In this document: piece after piece, positions 43,063-54,960 of the stretch | Numbering within the stretch: the first letter of the stretch is position 1 | Layout of the letters: each line of letters begins with the position of its first letter | DNA from: Histomonas meleagridis 2922-C6/04-290x | Taxonomy: Eukaryota; Protista; Parabasalia | Length of the DNA: 64,000 nt | Direction: 5' to 3' | NCBI GenBank assembly: GCA_020184695.1 | Contig: JAANOX010000244.1 | Location: 94,792 to 158,791 of the forward strand | Translations under genes and position numbers: made by a program | Notes under the pieces: model-generated | The model's database searches: none | The model's input: the letters and a program-made list of their open reading frames with translations, nothing else | Told to the model about the DNA's origin: nothing

Positions 43063-45909
43063 ATGGATGCTAAGTCCCTTGAAGAAATCTTTCTAGCTTG
43101 TTTAAATCCAGAAAATCCTAACTTTACAAGGGCAATGCATGAAATTAATAATTTATTAAATACACCACAATTTATTCAAACATTATTTGATTTTTATAAC
43201 TTTACTCAAAACATTAATATAAAGACCCAATGTTGTATATTTATTAAAATAATGTTGAGTAAATTTTTTGGAAATTATTCAGATGAATTTAAACATACAA
43301 TTTTCATAAATCTTTTAGGATTAATTCAAAATCAAAATGTTCCTCTTCAATGCTTTGATTCAATAATATTTGTCGTAAGGAATTGTAATTATTTTATACA
43401 ATATATTTCTGAATATATTCTCACAAATCTTCAAAATAAAACAAATTATTTTAATATTTATCAACTAATAATTCCACTTTATTCATTGCTTGAACAGTTT
43501 GGGTTTAATTCCGAAGCTTTAAATTTTTTAATTTCCGATTCATTAAAAAGTGAAAACGATTTTTTAATTCGTGGATCAATAGAACTCTTAAAATTAATGG
43601 ACATCACAACAAATGACTTTCAATTTGCATTTCAACAAATTGCACAATTTACAAATCGAGATTTCAATATCCAAATGTTTATATTTATTTGGGACAGCAT
43701 ATCAACTTTCATCAAAAAAAATTATTTCAACAACGAAGAACTTCAATTCATATACAATAATTTACTTCAACAGATATCAAAACGAAATATTTATAATTCA
43801 CAAATTCGCGCTATTTTATTTAATTGTTTAATTAACTTTTTCGAAATCGGACAAACAGAAGAAACATTTAATATAATTTTAACAATATATATTAATATAC
43901 TACAACAAAATATTGAAGAAACACATGAAATACCCGAAACATTTTTAGATGAATTTGACACATTATTAATGATAATCAACGAAAACAACAGTTATTATTT
44001 AATAATTAAAAACAAAATAATACAACTTCTCGAACAAGATAATATTTTTTGTTATATTATAACATTATTATTTTATAGTGAAATTCTTTTATATTTGACT
44101 GATTTTGTGATTAATGATTTTGATTTTTTTATTAAAGTTTTATCAAATTCAATTTGTTCGCCAAACATTTTATTAAATGAAACTGCATGTTATGTAATTA
44201 AACATATACCAAATACTTTAAATGATTATTCATTATATGCATCTTCATTTATTGAACAAATTTCTTTGTTCTTAAGTAATGTAAATATAAATTATTCGTT
44301 TTATCTTAATGCTTATGAAGCATTTATTAACACATCGAAATTTTTGGATTGTTTAGTTCCGGGGATATTTAATAAAATAACATCGAATTTGACTAAATTA
44401 AATGAAGAAAACTATGAGTATTTTATGCCATTAATTATTATAGCATTACAATTCGATCCATTAATATCTGAAAAAGATCAAAATTATCTTCGAACAATTT
44501 GTTTTGAGACATTAACTAATTATAGCAATTATTGTAATGAAGATTATATTATTAATTGTTGTATTTTGTTGATATCTTTAGTGTCGAATAATTATTTTGA
44601 ATTTGATCATTCGATTTTTATTAATCCAATTATAAAATGTTTGAATTCGAATGATCAAAATATAATTTTAAACGTTTTTGATTTCTTTTATAATTATTTA
44701 ATAATTTTTAGGAGTAAATCAAAAGATTTAATGAATTTGTTTTATGATAAAATTTGTTTGTTATTGAATTCAGATATAACTTTATATATATCGAATTCAT
44801 TAAATATTTTATCAATTTATACAAAAATTTTTAAGGATTCAAATACAGCGAATTTAATTTCAAATGTTTTACTCGATCAATTAAAAAGAGATCGAAAAAG
44901 TATAGTTTTAGAAATGTTGAATTATACAAAAAGAATTATTAAATATCAAAATGAAGAAAATTGTTTATTATTTTTTGATTATATTATGTCAATGTTTGAT
45001 TATATTGATAATGATAATGAAATAATTTATAATTTGTTTCAATGTTTAATAAAATTCACTTTTAACTTAAATAATAATAAATATTTCATTGATAAAATTA
45101 CTTTTTTCATACAAAATGTTTTCAAAGAAAAGAATTTCATAATTAATAATTGTTTTGAAGATTTTTCTGATTTTATTTCGTCGATTTGGAAATTAAATTT
45201 AAGTATTAATCAACAATTAATAGAATTCTATTTTAATTGCTTAAAAAATAATTCAGAAAATTTTGTTTTGTTTTCTATTTCGACAATTGCTGATTATTTT
45301 TCGAATAGTTTAATAATAAATGAAAATTATTTAAATCAAATTAAAGAATTTTTACAAAATATAATTCCAATCACAAAAGATGAATTAATTCAACAAAATA
45401 TTTTATATTTAATCAATAAATTCTTAGGAAAATTTGATATAATTTTTTCGAATTTTATCATAAATTTTGTTCCATATTTTAAAGAATGGTTAACATTAAC
45501 AAAAAATCAAAATATTGTCGAAGGAATTTCATTAATTGTTATAACTTTATCAACATTAAATTTATTTAATGATGAAGATTTAATTGTATTTTCTATTCAG
45601 CAATTTCCAAATAATTTCGGTAAAAATTTATCAAAACCAATTTTAAGTATTTTAAATTATTTCCAATCAAATACACCAAAATCATTAAAAATTATTTGTG
45701 TTTCTGCGTTGTCAATATCAAAACTTCTTTTGTTTAATGGGTTACAATGTGAAAAACATAAAATTGATGCAAATAATTATAATTCATTTGTTATTTTGTT
45801 GAAACAATTTTTGTCATATTCACAAAATGTTATGAGTTATTTACAAAGTAATCTGCAGCCAAATGAACTTGAACGAATAATTAATGCTATAACACAAAAT
45901 ACAAATTAA
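43063..45909 (+). CDS. HEAT/ARM-repeat protein, possibly importin-beta-like, very AT-rich
   Basis: 948-aa ORF; N-terminus LEEIFLACLNP...RAMHEINNL resembles importin-beta N-termini; helical repeats. Confidence 0.6.
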   Translation: MDAKSLEEIFLACLNPENPNFTRAMHEINNLLNTPQFIQTLFDFYNFTQNINIKTQCCIFIKIMLSKFFGNYSDEFKHTIFINLLGLIQNQNVPLQCFDSIIFVVRNCNYFIQYISEYILTNLQNKTNYFNIYQLIIPLYSLLEQFGFNSEALNFLISDSLKSENDFLIRGSIELLKLMDITTNDFQFAFQQIAQFTNRDFNIQMFIFIWDSISTFIKKNYFNNEELQFIYNNLLQQISKRNIYNSQIRAILFNCLINFFEIGQTEETFNIILTIYINILQQNIEETHEIPETFLDEFDTLLMIINENNSYYLIIKNKIIQLLEQDNIFCYIITLLFYSEILLYLTDFVINDFDFFIKVLSNSICSPNILLNETACYVIKHIPNTLNDYSLYASSFIEQISLFLSNVNINYSFYLNAYEAFINTSKFLDCLVPGIFNKITSNLTKLNEENYEYFMPLIIIALQFDPLISEKDQNYLRTICFETLTNYSNYCNEDYIINCCILLISLVSNNYFEFDHSIFINPIIKCLNSNDQNIILNVFDFFYNYLIIFRSKSKDLMNLFYDKICLLLNSDITLYISNSLNILSIYTKIFKDSNTANLISNVLLDQLKRDRKSIVLEMLNYTKRIIKYQNEENCLLFFDYIMSMFDYIDNDNEIIYNLFQCLIKFTFNLNNNKYFIDKITFFIQNVFKEKNFIINNCFEDFSDFISSIWKLNLSINQQLIEFYFNCLKNNSENFVLFSISTIADYFSNSLIINENYLNQIKEFLQNIIPITKDELIQQNILYLINKFLGKFDIIFSNFIINFVPYFKEWLTLTKNQNIVEGISLIVITLSTLNLFNDEDLIVFSIQQFPNNFGKNLSKPILSILNYFQSNTPKSLKIICVSALSISKLLLFNGLQCEKHKIDANNYNSFVILLKQFLSYSQNVMSYLQSNLQPNELERIINAITQNTN

Positions 45910-46566
45910 TTTTATATTTTGTTTTCATAAAGTTTGATTAAAATTAATTTTATTGTGGTGATATTTCTTAAAGTTTTTTGATTCAATTGTTTTGAATTAT
46001 TTCATATGGATTACTTAATTTTGATCTTTCTTGGAAATATTTTCAATGATTTGTTTAAAAGAAAATAAGGAAGAGAACAATTGGGAAAAAAATCTGACTT
46101 CATTCAATGTTGGTCTGCATTATATGAAAGTTCGAAGATATAAATAAATGTTATAATTTTTTGATTAAAATTTTTCGTAATTCTGTGTTTTGGGTTCGAA
46201 AATGTGTTTAAATGAAATTAGTATATGGCAAATGAATTGCGTTGAGTTTTTATCCAACTTATAAAAAGTTTGGCACTCAATTCCCAGAAATTTTGGTTCA
46301 TATTTTAAAATTACCAATTTATAATGTTTTGATTAAAATTGTTTGTATTTCTCATTTTGTATTTGCGAGTGTGTACACATGTAACACGCATTTGTATATA
46401 CATTTGTTTTTATGATGTTTTTTATAAAAAATAAAATAATTTCACAAAAATTTTACTTTGTGTATCGTTAAATTTTTCTGAACATAACTTCTTTTTCTTT
46501 TGAAATTCAAATAAACCGTTTGATTTTATACTTTTTAAATCTTATTGAAAAGTCGAAAAGTCAAAT

Positions 46567-47647
46567 ATGTTTGGTTTAAATGTAACTCTTCTAAATCTTG
46601 TATTATTGAAGAATTATGAAAAATCCCCTTTTATTCACATGTCTAACACATTAAATAGAAATCAATTCATTGCAACAAATATTCATTTATCTTACTTTTT
46701 TTCTCCAATCATTCATGCAAAATCATTATTTTATAGTGAAATTAGTAAATCAAAATTTATTCATGCGATTCTTGATCATTCTTTCATTTCTTTACAATCT
46801 AATAATTCAAATAGCACAATAAATATTCATGATGTTTATTATTTAGATATAAAATCTCAAACACCAATTATTAATACAAGTTGTCATAATAGCATATTTA
46901 CAAATATTCAATTTTTGATGCTTTCAGCAACTACTGTGGGTTTTTGTATTCAAGTATCACCAAAATTTTTTGAAAATAATGGATATGATGGTATAACAAA
47001 TATCACAAATGTTTTCATTCAAGACATTAAAGTGAGAGATATAACTTCAACAAATTATAATTGTTATGGAATACTTCTTAGATTGACACCTGAATACATA
47101 ACCAGTGATTTACTTAAAATTGATATGCCTGTAAGTATTTATGGTCTTGTGGTGAACAATGTTCAACAAGATTTTAATTCATTAAATGTTTATACACTTG
47201 TTGACACAGGTATTCGTAAAACTTTTATAAGTGATGTTAATATTTCAAGTTGTAATAATGCACGTAATTTAGATAGATTAAATGCATTGGGATTTCATTT
47301 TTCTTCAATTGGAATTCATCAAAACAAAATCCAAAATGTTTGTTTTAATGATATGAAATATTATTTTAGTGCACCTATTATGTATGATAAAGTTGCAGCT
47401 TTTGATAATAAAGGAGGACTTTTTCTTCATAATATTATTTTTTTATAATATGCAATATGTAAACTACTATGAAGAAGATATTTTTATCCGCCGTGCAAGT
47501 TATATTAGTGCATGTTCACCTGGAATATCCGAGTATTCTGATTTGACTAACATAAAATTTAATATTTCAAATTGTTTCTTTTATGGCGATGTCGAAATTT
47601 CAATATTTTCAATTTATGTATTCATTATATTAAATATGGTACCATAA
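46567..47647 (+). CDS. Hypothetical N/I/S-rich protein with a +1 frameshift in a T7 run (47438-47444)
   Basis: ORF 46567-47448 joins ORF 47369-47647 (HNIIF-YNMQYVNYY) if one T is removed; could be a sequencing error or a pseudogene. Confidence 0.55.
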
Positions 47648-47685
47648 TCATCATCTTACAATGAGATAAAAAAAAACAAAAAAAT

Positions 47686-47757
47686 TGTCTCCGGGCAGGA
47701 TCGAACTGCCGTCAAGAGCGTGTTAAACTCCTATTCTAACCATTAGACTACGGAGGC
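47686..47757 (-). tRNA. tRNA-Val (anticodon AAC)
   Basis: GCCTCCG TA GTCTAATGGTTAGAAT A GGAGT TTAACAC GCTCT TGAC GGCAG TTCGATC CTGCC CGGAGAC A. Cloverleaf with TTCGA T-loop, one acceptor mismatch (C2:A71), followed by an oligo-T terminator. Confidence 0.9.
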
Positions 47758-47865
47758 TGCTGATAAAGCAAATTATTTATAATATTCATGTTATAAAATT
47801 AATAATTATTTCATTAAATTTCATTCCTTTTCTTCACAAAAATAATTTTTATTCAAATATTTTTA

Positions 47866-48891
47866 TTATATTGAAGCTCTACATAAATGTTCTGGTGTAG
47901 GCAATATTTCATATAAGCATTGCAAGAAATTACCAGACACGTCGACAATCACGAACTTATCCGAATTTTTCACTATTTCGGACTGCGTCACTGGGTGAGT
48001 ATTCGTTGCGAATATTTTTTGTATCGGCGACGATATCAATTCGTTGATAATATTTTCATTAAAGCATGCCAAATGCGATGTTACCACATCAACCCTTGTT
48101 GCCCCAGCGTCGAGATACATTTGTGCTGCGCTTAAAACAGTTTTTCCACTTCGGATCATATCATCATATATCAAAATATGAAATCCCTTAACCTCGCCAA
48201 CTATAGAGTGCGCTTCGTGGTGGAAATCGTTCGAGTTTCGTTCGGATCCGACATATTTTTCTCGGACAAATGAGATCGGACAACCTAAAGCTTTAGCATA
48301 TGCATTAACCCATGATGAATGCTTAAGACTAGTTGAACCAAACATTATTTTGGTCATGTCGAAATGTTGTTCTTCGATTGCTTGTATTAATGCATTTTGC
48401 GCATAGAGTTCAATTCGTAGACATGGACCTTCAAAATAATGTAACAAACATGCATAATGAAGATCAATAAAAATAAAAATGTTTCCTTCATTTCCACCAA
48501 GAAGTCCAAGCATTTGACTATTTGTTTTTGCAGTTACAACTTCTCCTGGTAACATTGCTCTATCCATAGAAGAATAACATAAATAAGGTATAACAAAAAT
48601 ACGTCGCTTAATACCAGCAAGTGCTAATGCTGAACCAACTCTATATAAATCCATGAGATCATTATCATCAGTGACAGCTCCTACATAAACGGCATCTTTA
48701 CCTAGTAATGTAAATGAGGTAGGAATATCAAGTCGATAATATTGTTCACCGTTTGAAAACTGATTACGAATGACATTAAGTTTTTTAACATTAACACGAA
48801 GATCAATAAGTTCTTCCAGAATATTCATAGCGAAGTATTCAGATTGTTTGTTATGTATTAAAACTACGTCAGCAGAATTTTTTTTTTTCAT
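47866..48891 (-). CDS. prs: Ribose-phosphate pyrophosphokinase (PRPP synthetase), divergent
   Basis: FSNGEQY, VIPYLCYSSMDR, IDLH, ILIYDDMIRSGKT, VTSH, TNTHP. Confidence 0.92.
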   Translation of the reverse strand: MKKKNSADVVLIHNKQSEYFAMNILEELIDLRVNVKKLNVIRNQFSNGEQYYRLDIPTSFTLLGKDAVYVGAVTDDNDLMDLYRVGSALALAGIKRRIFVIPYLCYSSMDRAMLPGEVVTAKTNSQMLGLLGGNEGNIFIFIDLHYACLLHYFEGPCLRIELYAQNALIQAIEEQHFDMTKIMFGSTSLKHSSWVNAYAKALGCPISFVREKYVGSERNSNDFHHEAHSIVGEVKGFHILIYDDMIRSGKTVLSAAQMYLDAGATRVDVVTSHLACFNENIINELISSPIQKIFATNTHPVTQSEIVKNSDKFVIVDVSGNFLQCLYEILPTPEHLCRASI

Positions 48892-48976
48892 ATTTTTTTT
48901 GAGCCATATACAAATTTAGAGCACCCCAAAAGCCGATAGAAAACGTTAATAAAATCAATAAAATTTATATTTTTAT

Positions 48977-51325
48977 TTATGTATGATAAACTATTTTAGT
49001 AATTTCATTTTTCCAAGACACGCCATATTCATATCTTTCTCTTGAATTCCTCGATCTTTGTTTTGGTGTTAATTCCAATTCAGGATCGAAGTTTCTTACG
49101 TATTCTTTTGATAAATTTTCAGGTAATTCATTTAAGTAATCCATAAAAAAATTATTTTTCGGCAAATTTAACATTTGAATTTGCGGAAGGAATTGCATTG
49201 AAGTAATATCGGATAATAAAATATAAAAATATTCAGTACACTTTGGATCTATTTCAGGTTTCGTGCATTGTATCGCCGACATTTTTACTAAATCTATAAG
49301 CGCATTTTGATTTTCCACTTTAATTCCTTGCGAAACGCCCAAAGCTCTCCAAAACATCATGAAGCATCTTGAAGAGAATATATTTGGGTCATCCAAATCA
49401 GTTGAAAGCTTTAAACATATTGGACAAACTTGTCTAACAAAGTCAGTGTTTGTAATATATAACAAAAATGGCTTATTGAAAAATAATGAGGAAGCAAATC
49501 GCATAAATGGCCTATAACCATAGTTTGCCATTTCGATTAGAACTTGTGCGAACATTTTTAAGTTTTGTTCACCTAAAACTATTTCGGAACAAAACAATTC
49601 GCACATTAAACTAACGACTTGTGGAAGCTCATAAAGAGATAATTGTCGTATTAAATATGGAAAGAAACAACAATTTTTGGTTGAAAATGTTTCAACTGAA
49701 CTTTGATTCGAAAATCCATGAATTAACAAATATGATGCGCCCAAAAATAAATCTGGTGGTAAACCACTACGTAAATAAAATGTTAAAACTGATGGATTAA
49801 TTAAACGAACCATTGATACCATTAATTTCTCTTTCCATATGTTAATAGTTACCCAAGGCGGACATTGAGCCCCAATTTGGAAAAGTGACGCGGCAATTTT
49901 CGTAAACAACGATGGGAAAACCGGTATCGTCGGTTGCGTTTGAATGGACGAAAAAACCGCTATCGATAACTCGACAAAAGCGAAAAACAATTCGGGAATA
50001 TGTAAATATTTCAAAAGCAAAAACATATGATTAATTGAATCGTTAGGAATATTTGATGTTATATATATTTGATATGTTAAATAATAAGCTTTAGTTGCCA
50101 ATGAAAAATTAACATTTATTTTTTTATCAAGAGAAAAATATGGAATAATTTGTAAAACTTTCGATTTAATTGGCGAATCAACATAAAACTCGGAAATACT
50201 TTTTAATGCTGATCTTATAGCTTCTATTTTATAAGGTATTAATTCTATTGTTGAAGGGAAAACATCATTCGAAAATGCTATAATGAAACTAACGACACAA
50301 ATGTCATGAATTTGCGTTTGAGATTTCGATGTCAAAAAACTCATAAAATATTCGGCATAACTATGTAGGTAAGAAGACTTATAGAAGTAATTAAGAGTAA
50401 ATATAAATGCATCTCTTCCAGCAGAACATAATATTATGCTATCATACATGGACATACAATCTTCTAAAAGCGATAATTTATTAGTTATATTATCAAAATG
50501 ATTCGATGAAAATGAAAATAATACATTTGCAACTGATAAAATCATTTTCCGATAATGTGAAAAGAGTCCGATTGGAACAGAACATTTAAATAACGCAAGT
50601 AATGAAAAAGGTGGAATGTTTGAAGGCGGAATATCAAGAGGTGTAATATATTTGAAACAATCAATTAAAAGCGGATCAATGAGTACTAAGTCAACAAGAA
50701 TATTGGATGTTAAATTTTGGTTTTTTGGTAGCTTATTAAAAAGTGTTTGAAGATGTGGTACTATACGATATGTAAAAAATGGATTATATGACTTACAGTC
50801 TTTTTGATATTGTAAATAACTTTTGATGATTGTTATCGATGTAAAAACACTACTCGTTTCAACTTGATTTGGATTAGAAAGTGTGCGAAAAAGACTGGCA
50901 AGATTTTGAAGATAACCTACATTTAAAACATTTTTACATTGTTCGATAATTGATTCAACTAAAAATAAAGACTTGGTACAATCTTGAACAATTAAAACCC
51001 TAACTAAAATATTGAAAAAGCGATCGTAATACTTAGGGAAATTAATAATGCTTTTTACCAAATAATTGGCAGTAGCAGGTGCAAACTTTTCAATAACTTC
51101 TGGATCGCATCTTTGGGAAAAAAGCGAAATCCTTAATAGGCTATCAAGGATTTTGACATTTTCTGGTTTTTGTTGAAAAAAAGTAAATAATTCTTTTATG
51201 ATTTCTTTTAATAAATCTTCTGGGTTTAAACGTAGAGAAAATTGTTTTTCTTGATTTAAATAAAAATCTAATATGTGTTGGAATTCTTCGTGTTTATTAC
51301 TCTGCAGGGCGTTTGTCTGCTGCAT
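48977..51325 (-). CDS. Hypothetical helical protein (782 aa)
   Basis: Long intact ORF; no motif recognised. Confidence 0.7.
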   Translation of the reverse strand: MQQTNALQSNKHEEFQHILDFYLNQEKQFSLRLNPEDLLKEIIKELFTFFQQKPENVKILDSLLRISLFSQRCDPEVIEKFAPATANYLVKSIINFPKYYDRFFNILVRVLIVQDCTKSLFLVESIIEQCKNVLNVGYLQNLASLFRTLSNPNQVETSSVFTSITIIKSYLQYQKDCKSYNPFFTYRIVPHLQTLFNKLPKNQNLTSNILVDLVLIDPLLIDCFKYITPLDIPPSNIPPFSLLALFKCSVPIGLFSHYRKMILSVANVLFSFSSNHFDNITNKLSLLEDCMSMYDSIILCSAGRDAFIFTLNYFYKSSYLHSYAEYFMSFLTSKSQTQIHDICVVSFIIAFSNDVFPSTIELIPYKIEAIRSALKSISEFYVDSPIKSKVLQIIPYFSLDKKINVNFSLATKAYYLTYQIYITSNIPNDSINHMFLLLKYLHIPELFFAFVELSIAVFSSIQTQPTIPVFPSLFTKIAASLFQIGAQCPPWVTINIWKEKLMVSMVRLINPSVLTFYLRSGLPPDLFLGASYLLIHGFSNQSSVETFSTKNCCFFPYLIRQLSLYELPQVVSLMCELFCSEIVLGEQNLKMFAQVLIEMANYGYRPFMRFASSLFFNKPFLLYITNTDFVRQVCPICLKLSTDLDDPNIFSSRCFMMFWRALGVSQGIKVENQNALIDLVKMSAIQCTKPEIDPKCTEYFYILLSDITSMQFLPQIQMLNLPKNNFFMDYLNELPENLSKEYVRNFDPELELTPKQRSRNSRERYEYGVSWKNEITKIVYHT

Positions 51326-51563
51326 CGTAACACGAATAATAAACTATTCAAAACTAACGGCCGCTAATAAAAAAAGTTTAACAACAACGATAAATTCAAA
51401 AGTATAGAAAGTCTTTTTATGAAATAAATTAACAGGTTTCATAAAGAAATTCATTATTTATTAAGAAAACTACTTAGTTCTCCTTAATAAAACATGAAAA
51501 AGATTTGATATAAATAGTCCTAAAAGTTATATCTAAAAAATGCATATATACATTTTTGTAAGA

Positions 51564-52148
51564 TTATAGATTATTTGTGAAATCAAAGATGAATTCATCA
51601 GTCATTAATATATCTTCTGTTAACAAATCATCAGGTTTTAATGTGTTTAGGTTATCTTCATTAGAATTTTGATAAAATATATATGATCCTATTTTCTTTT
51701 TTAGATGGTTATTAAACCTATTTTTAATTCCATTATTTGTTCTTTTGTTATGAAAGTGTGCAGATATTAGTGACCAATTTGGCCCATATTCTTGATATAA
51801 TTTTAAAATTAATTTATCTTCTTGTTCTGACCAAGGTTCCTTTGATAACTCTGGGGACAAATAATGTTGATATCTTTCTCTACATTGACGTGATGTTTTA
51901 CCAGGAATATTACTTGCTATTTCTTGCCAATTTGGATATTTTTGATTCCCAACTAATTCAATCAGTTGTTGATCTTCTTCAAGAGTAAACTTTTGTTTAA
52001 CTTTTTTTGTCTTTTTAGGAAGTAAGCATAAATCAATTAGTTTTTGTGCTGAATAAGGAGAGCAAAGCATGAAATCAAATAACAAATTAAAATATGTGAA
52101 ACGTTTTTTGAATTCAAAACACCTCATAAATTCAATTCCATTCAACAA
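51564..52148 (-). CDS. R2R3 Myb-like DNA-binding protein
   Basis: KFTLEEDQQL...WQEIA..IPGKTSRQCRERYQHYL...WSEQEDKL...GPNWSLIS...RTNNGIKNRF. Confidence 0.95.
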   Translation of the reverse strand: MLNGIEFMRCFEFKKRFTYFNLLFDFMLCSPYSAQKLIDLCLLPKKTKKVKQKFTLEEDQQLIELVGNQKYPNWQEIASNIPGKTSRQCRERYQHYLSPELSKEPWSEQEDKLILKLYQEYGPNWSLISAHFHNKRTNNGIKNRFNNHLKKKIGSYIFYQNSNEDNLNTLKPDDLLTEDILMTDEFIFDFTNNL

Positions 52149-53288
52149 AATTCGAACATGTCACAATTAACAGAAGGATGCCAACAAACACACAAAAAAA
52201 GACCGGTTAAAGTCCGTTAAATGAAGATTTTCGGTCGATATGACGGTTTATATTGTATTTTGGGTAGCAAACATGTCACAATGTCAAAAACCTTGAATTA
52301 TTATGCAAAATAAGAATATTTCTATAAAAACCTGATAACTAATAAAATAAATCGACAATAATTGATTAAATAACATATTATATACAATATTACATTTGTT
52401 TTATCTAAAATGATATAACTAACACAATATTTATATATTATATTATACTTGATTGTTTTTAATTATCGGTTTGCAAGTATTCTTTTGTTAACCTCACATA
52501 ATTATAAATTTTGGAGTTCTTTTCATTATTTTATAAAAATGGCCTCAATTTTTAGCGGGCGATTATGCCTTTTATTAATAACTCTATGGTAATAATTTAC
52601 TTTCAAAATTAATTTTATAACGCATTATTTAAAATTTTTAATATTACATAATCGAAAAGTATCCACACTCGTTGCACAAAAAATTTATAATAAACTTAAT
52701 TTTGTACATTCTGATTTTTCAAATAATTAATTATATAAACATATTCTGTTGATTCAAAGCAATTAGAAAAATATAGCATAATCGTTAGAACAATGAATTA
52801 AATTAGTATATAATCATATTCATTCATAGAAATGGGAAAAATGCAAAGATCCATTCGAACAAATCACAAATAAAATGACGATAAAAAATTGAGAGATAAA
52901 ATTTATCGACTTCACAAACATTCAAAAAATTGTTGAAAAAAGTTTTACCTCATACCGCATTAGGTATTATAACATGAAAAACTTAAACACAACCTGGAAT
53001 AATTGTCTATATCGTCAATAAGAAAATGTTTTTATATTTTATTATTTTTATGATTCGTGTCAGGTGATTAAGTTTTCACAATTTTTTATATTTTTTTCTT
53101 ATTTTGTTACTTACATAAAAGGCACTCTGAGTAAGGTGATTATGAAGAAAAGTTCCTTTTGTTACAATATTTTTAGCTGATCAGTTTTTTCAAATTTAGA
53201 CAAGACGATCAAAGCAATTTCTTGTCAGCCAATTTAAACCGTAAAAATAACACAATTCATTAAAAAGTGACAAACCGATCGGTTCCAA

Positions 53289-54506
53289 ATGTTTACCTGC
53301 TCAAGAGTCGTCGACAAAATAACAAGCAACGATGATCTTCACCCTTCTGGAATGTTGCTTGCTGAAGCCGTTGAACTTGCACAGAAAGAGACGACGAATG
53401 CAAAAAGAATTATTTCAAGAGCATGTGAAAAGTTGGATTCATCCTTTGTCGTCGTCCGCGTTAAAGCCATCAATTTACTATTACACCTTCTTAATAGCAA
53501 TGTTAGTAATGTTATTCCAGAAATAAAACATTATACTGACAAAATATCAAATTGTATTGGGTGGAAGGGAGAACCACATCCAACTCGCGGATACGATCCA
53601 TATAATGAGCTTAAAGATGGTGCACAACAACTTTTAGATCGAATTTTTACTACACATGTTTCAAATGAACATGTTGAACGATTTTCAATTACAGATATTG
53701 GACATAGGACAGATCCTGTTCACCAGATGGAGTCATTTGGTAACACAGGTGAAGGAGCCGAACCAATTACTGAAAGGCCATCATTAAATCCAATCAATCA
53801 CGCCGAAGAAGAGGAAGATGATGAATTCTCTCCTCTCAGCATGTTCTCAAAGATCGCTGATGTGGTTAAGACAGTCAAAGAAATCAAGAAAGAGAACGCA
53901 CCACGTGCCTCAATAAGTTCCGCATCATTACTTCCTGAAGTTGATGATTACCCAATTCCAACTGAAGAGGAAACTCTTGGGGAAGCCGAGGATAAGGAAC
54001 AAAGACCTCACGGACAGTTTACTCGCCTTGAGAATGATATCACATTCCAGAAATCATCTTCTGGAACACGCAACTTAGCCGTAATGCGTAAAACTAAGAC
54101 AGTTCGAGCAGTTACTCCAGCCGCAAAGCTTCTTTTAGTGAGTAAGAATCGGTCATTTCCAACAAATGCTGAATTAACACAATTTAAGGAAACTTGTTAC
54201 CCTGATAGCTATCCAGAACTAATAGAAGGCCTTTCAAACCCCGATTGGAGAGTCAAGCTAAGGGCTATTGCGGGTTTGGATATCTTCGGAAATAAATACG
54301 GAATTGGAACAGTTGCAGGAACAAAGGATACAATTGCACTGCTCGCAAAGTCGGCTGTACAATCGTCATTGAAGTCAATGGCATCAAGATTCTATAATAT
54401 TATTAAGGATGTTGAACCAGTGGCACCGCCTGAATCATCATTTAACTTCGGAGGTGATGGTGAAGAGGAAGTCGAAGATGATACGCAAGGATACAAATTT
54501 GAGTAA
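53289..54506 (+). CDS. ENTH/VHS-domain protein, tepsin-like (AP-4 accessory)
   Basis: VRVKAINLL and WKGEPHPTRGYDPYNELKDGAQQLL resemble the tepsin ENTH domain; the C-terminal NPDWRVKLRAI resembles its second domain. Confidence 0.6.
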   Translation: MFTCSRVVDKITSNDDLHPSGMLLAEAVELAQKETTNAKRIISRACEKLDSSFVVVRVKAINLLLHLLNSNVSNVIPEIKHYTDKISNCIGWKGEPHPTRGYDPYNELKDGAQQLLDRIFTTHVSNEHVERFSITDIGHRTDPVHQMESFGNTGEGAEPITERPSLNPINHAEEEEDDEFSPLSMFSKIADVVKTVKEIKKENAPRASISSASLLPEVDDYPIPTEEETLGEAEDKEQRPHGQFTRLENDITFQKSSSGTRNLAVMRKTKTVRAVTPAAKLLLVSKNRSFPTNAELTQFKETCYPDSYPELIEGLSNPDWRVKLRAIAGLDIFGNKYGIGTVAGTKDTIALLAKSAVQSSLKSMASRFYNIIKDVEPVAPPESSFNFGGDGEEEVEDDTQGYKFE

Positions 54507-54960
54507 TAAATTATAGTCCTCAACGACAATTTGTTTCGTGGAAACAAAACCTTTTTTTGTTTGTGAGTTCCAGTTGGATATAAATTTATATCTATTCATC
54601 ATATGGATTTGTTATGGTTATGATTTTGGGTTACTGTAAATCAGTCAAAAAGTGTTATAAAAAGTTTATCGCCAACAAAATTTTCTAATTTGCACAAATC
54701 TGTAATTGTGAACCCGCACATTTTGAATGATGAGGTTGAGTTTAACATATCATACCGTTTATCTGTATATCTCCGCTTAATAACAATCAAACAAATCTTA
54801 ACACATAAGATAATAGTTGAAATATGTATGCTAAGCATTATTGGCTGGGTATAAATTAATACACAAATAGACAAAAAGATATCTTTGTTTCAATAATTGA
54901 TTTATCGGGTTATAACCGTTATAACGACCGTTATAGAATCTGATTTGATATAATTTTTTT

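Noticed and set aside
47420-47460. Frameshift in the 46567 gene as a pair of 17-nt inserts
   Set aside because: A single extra T in a T7 run explains it; probable homopolymer error or simple mutation.
52150-53288. Long AT-rich intergenic region as a possible hidden gene or ncRNA
   Set aside because: No convincing frame, 17-nt parse, stem-loop or repeat could be identified by eye.
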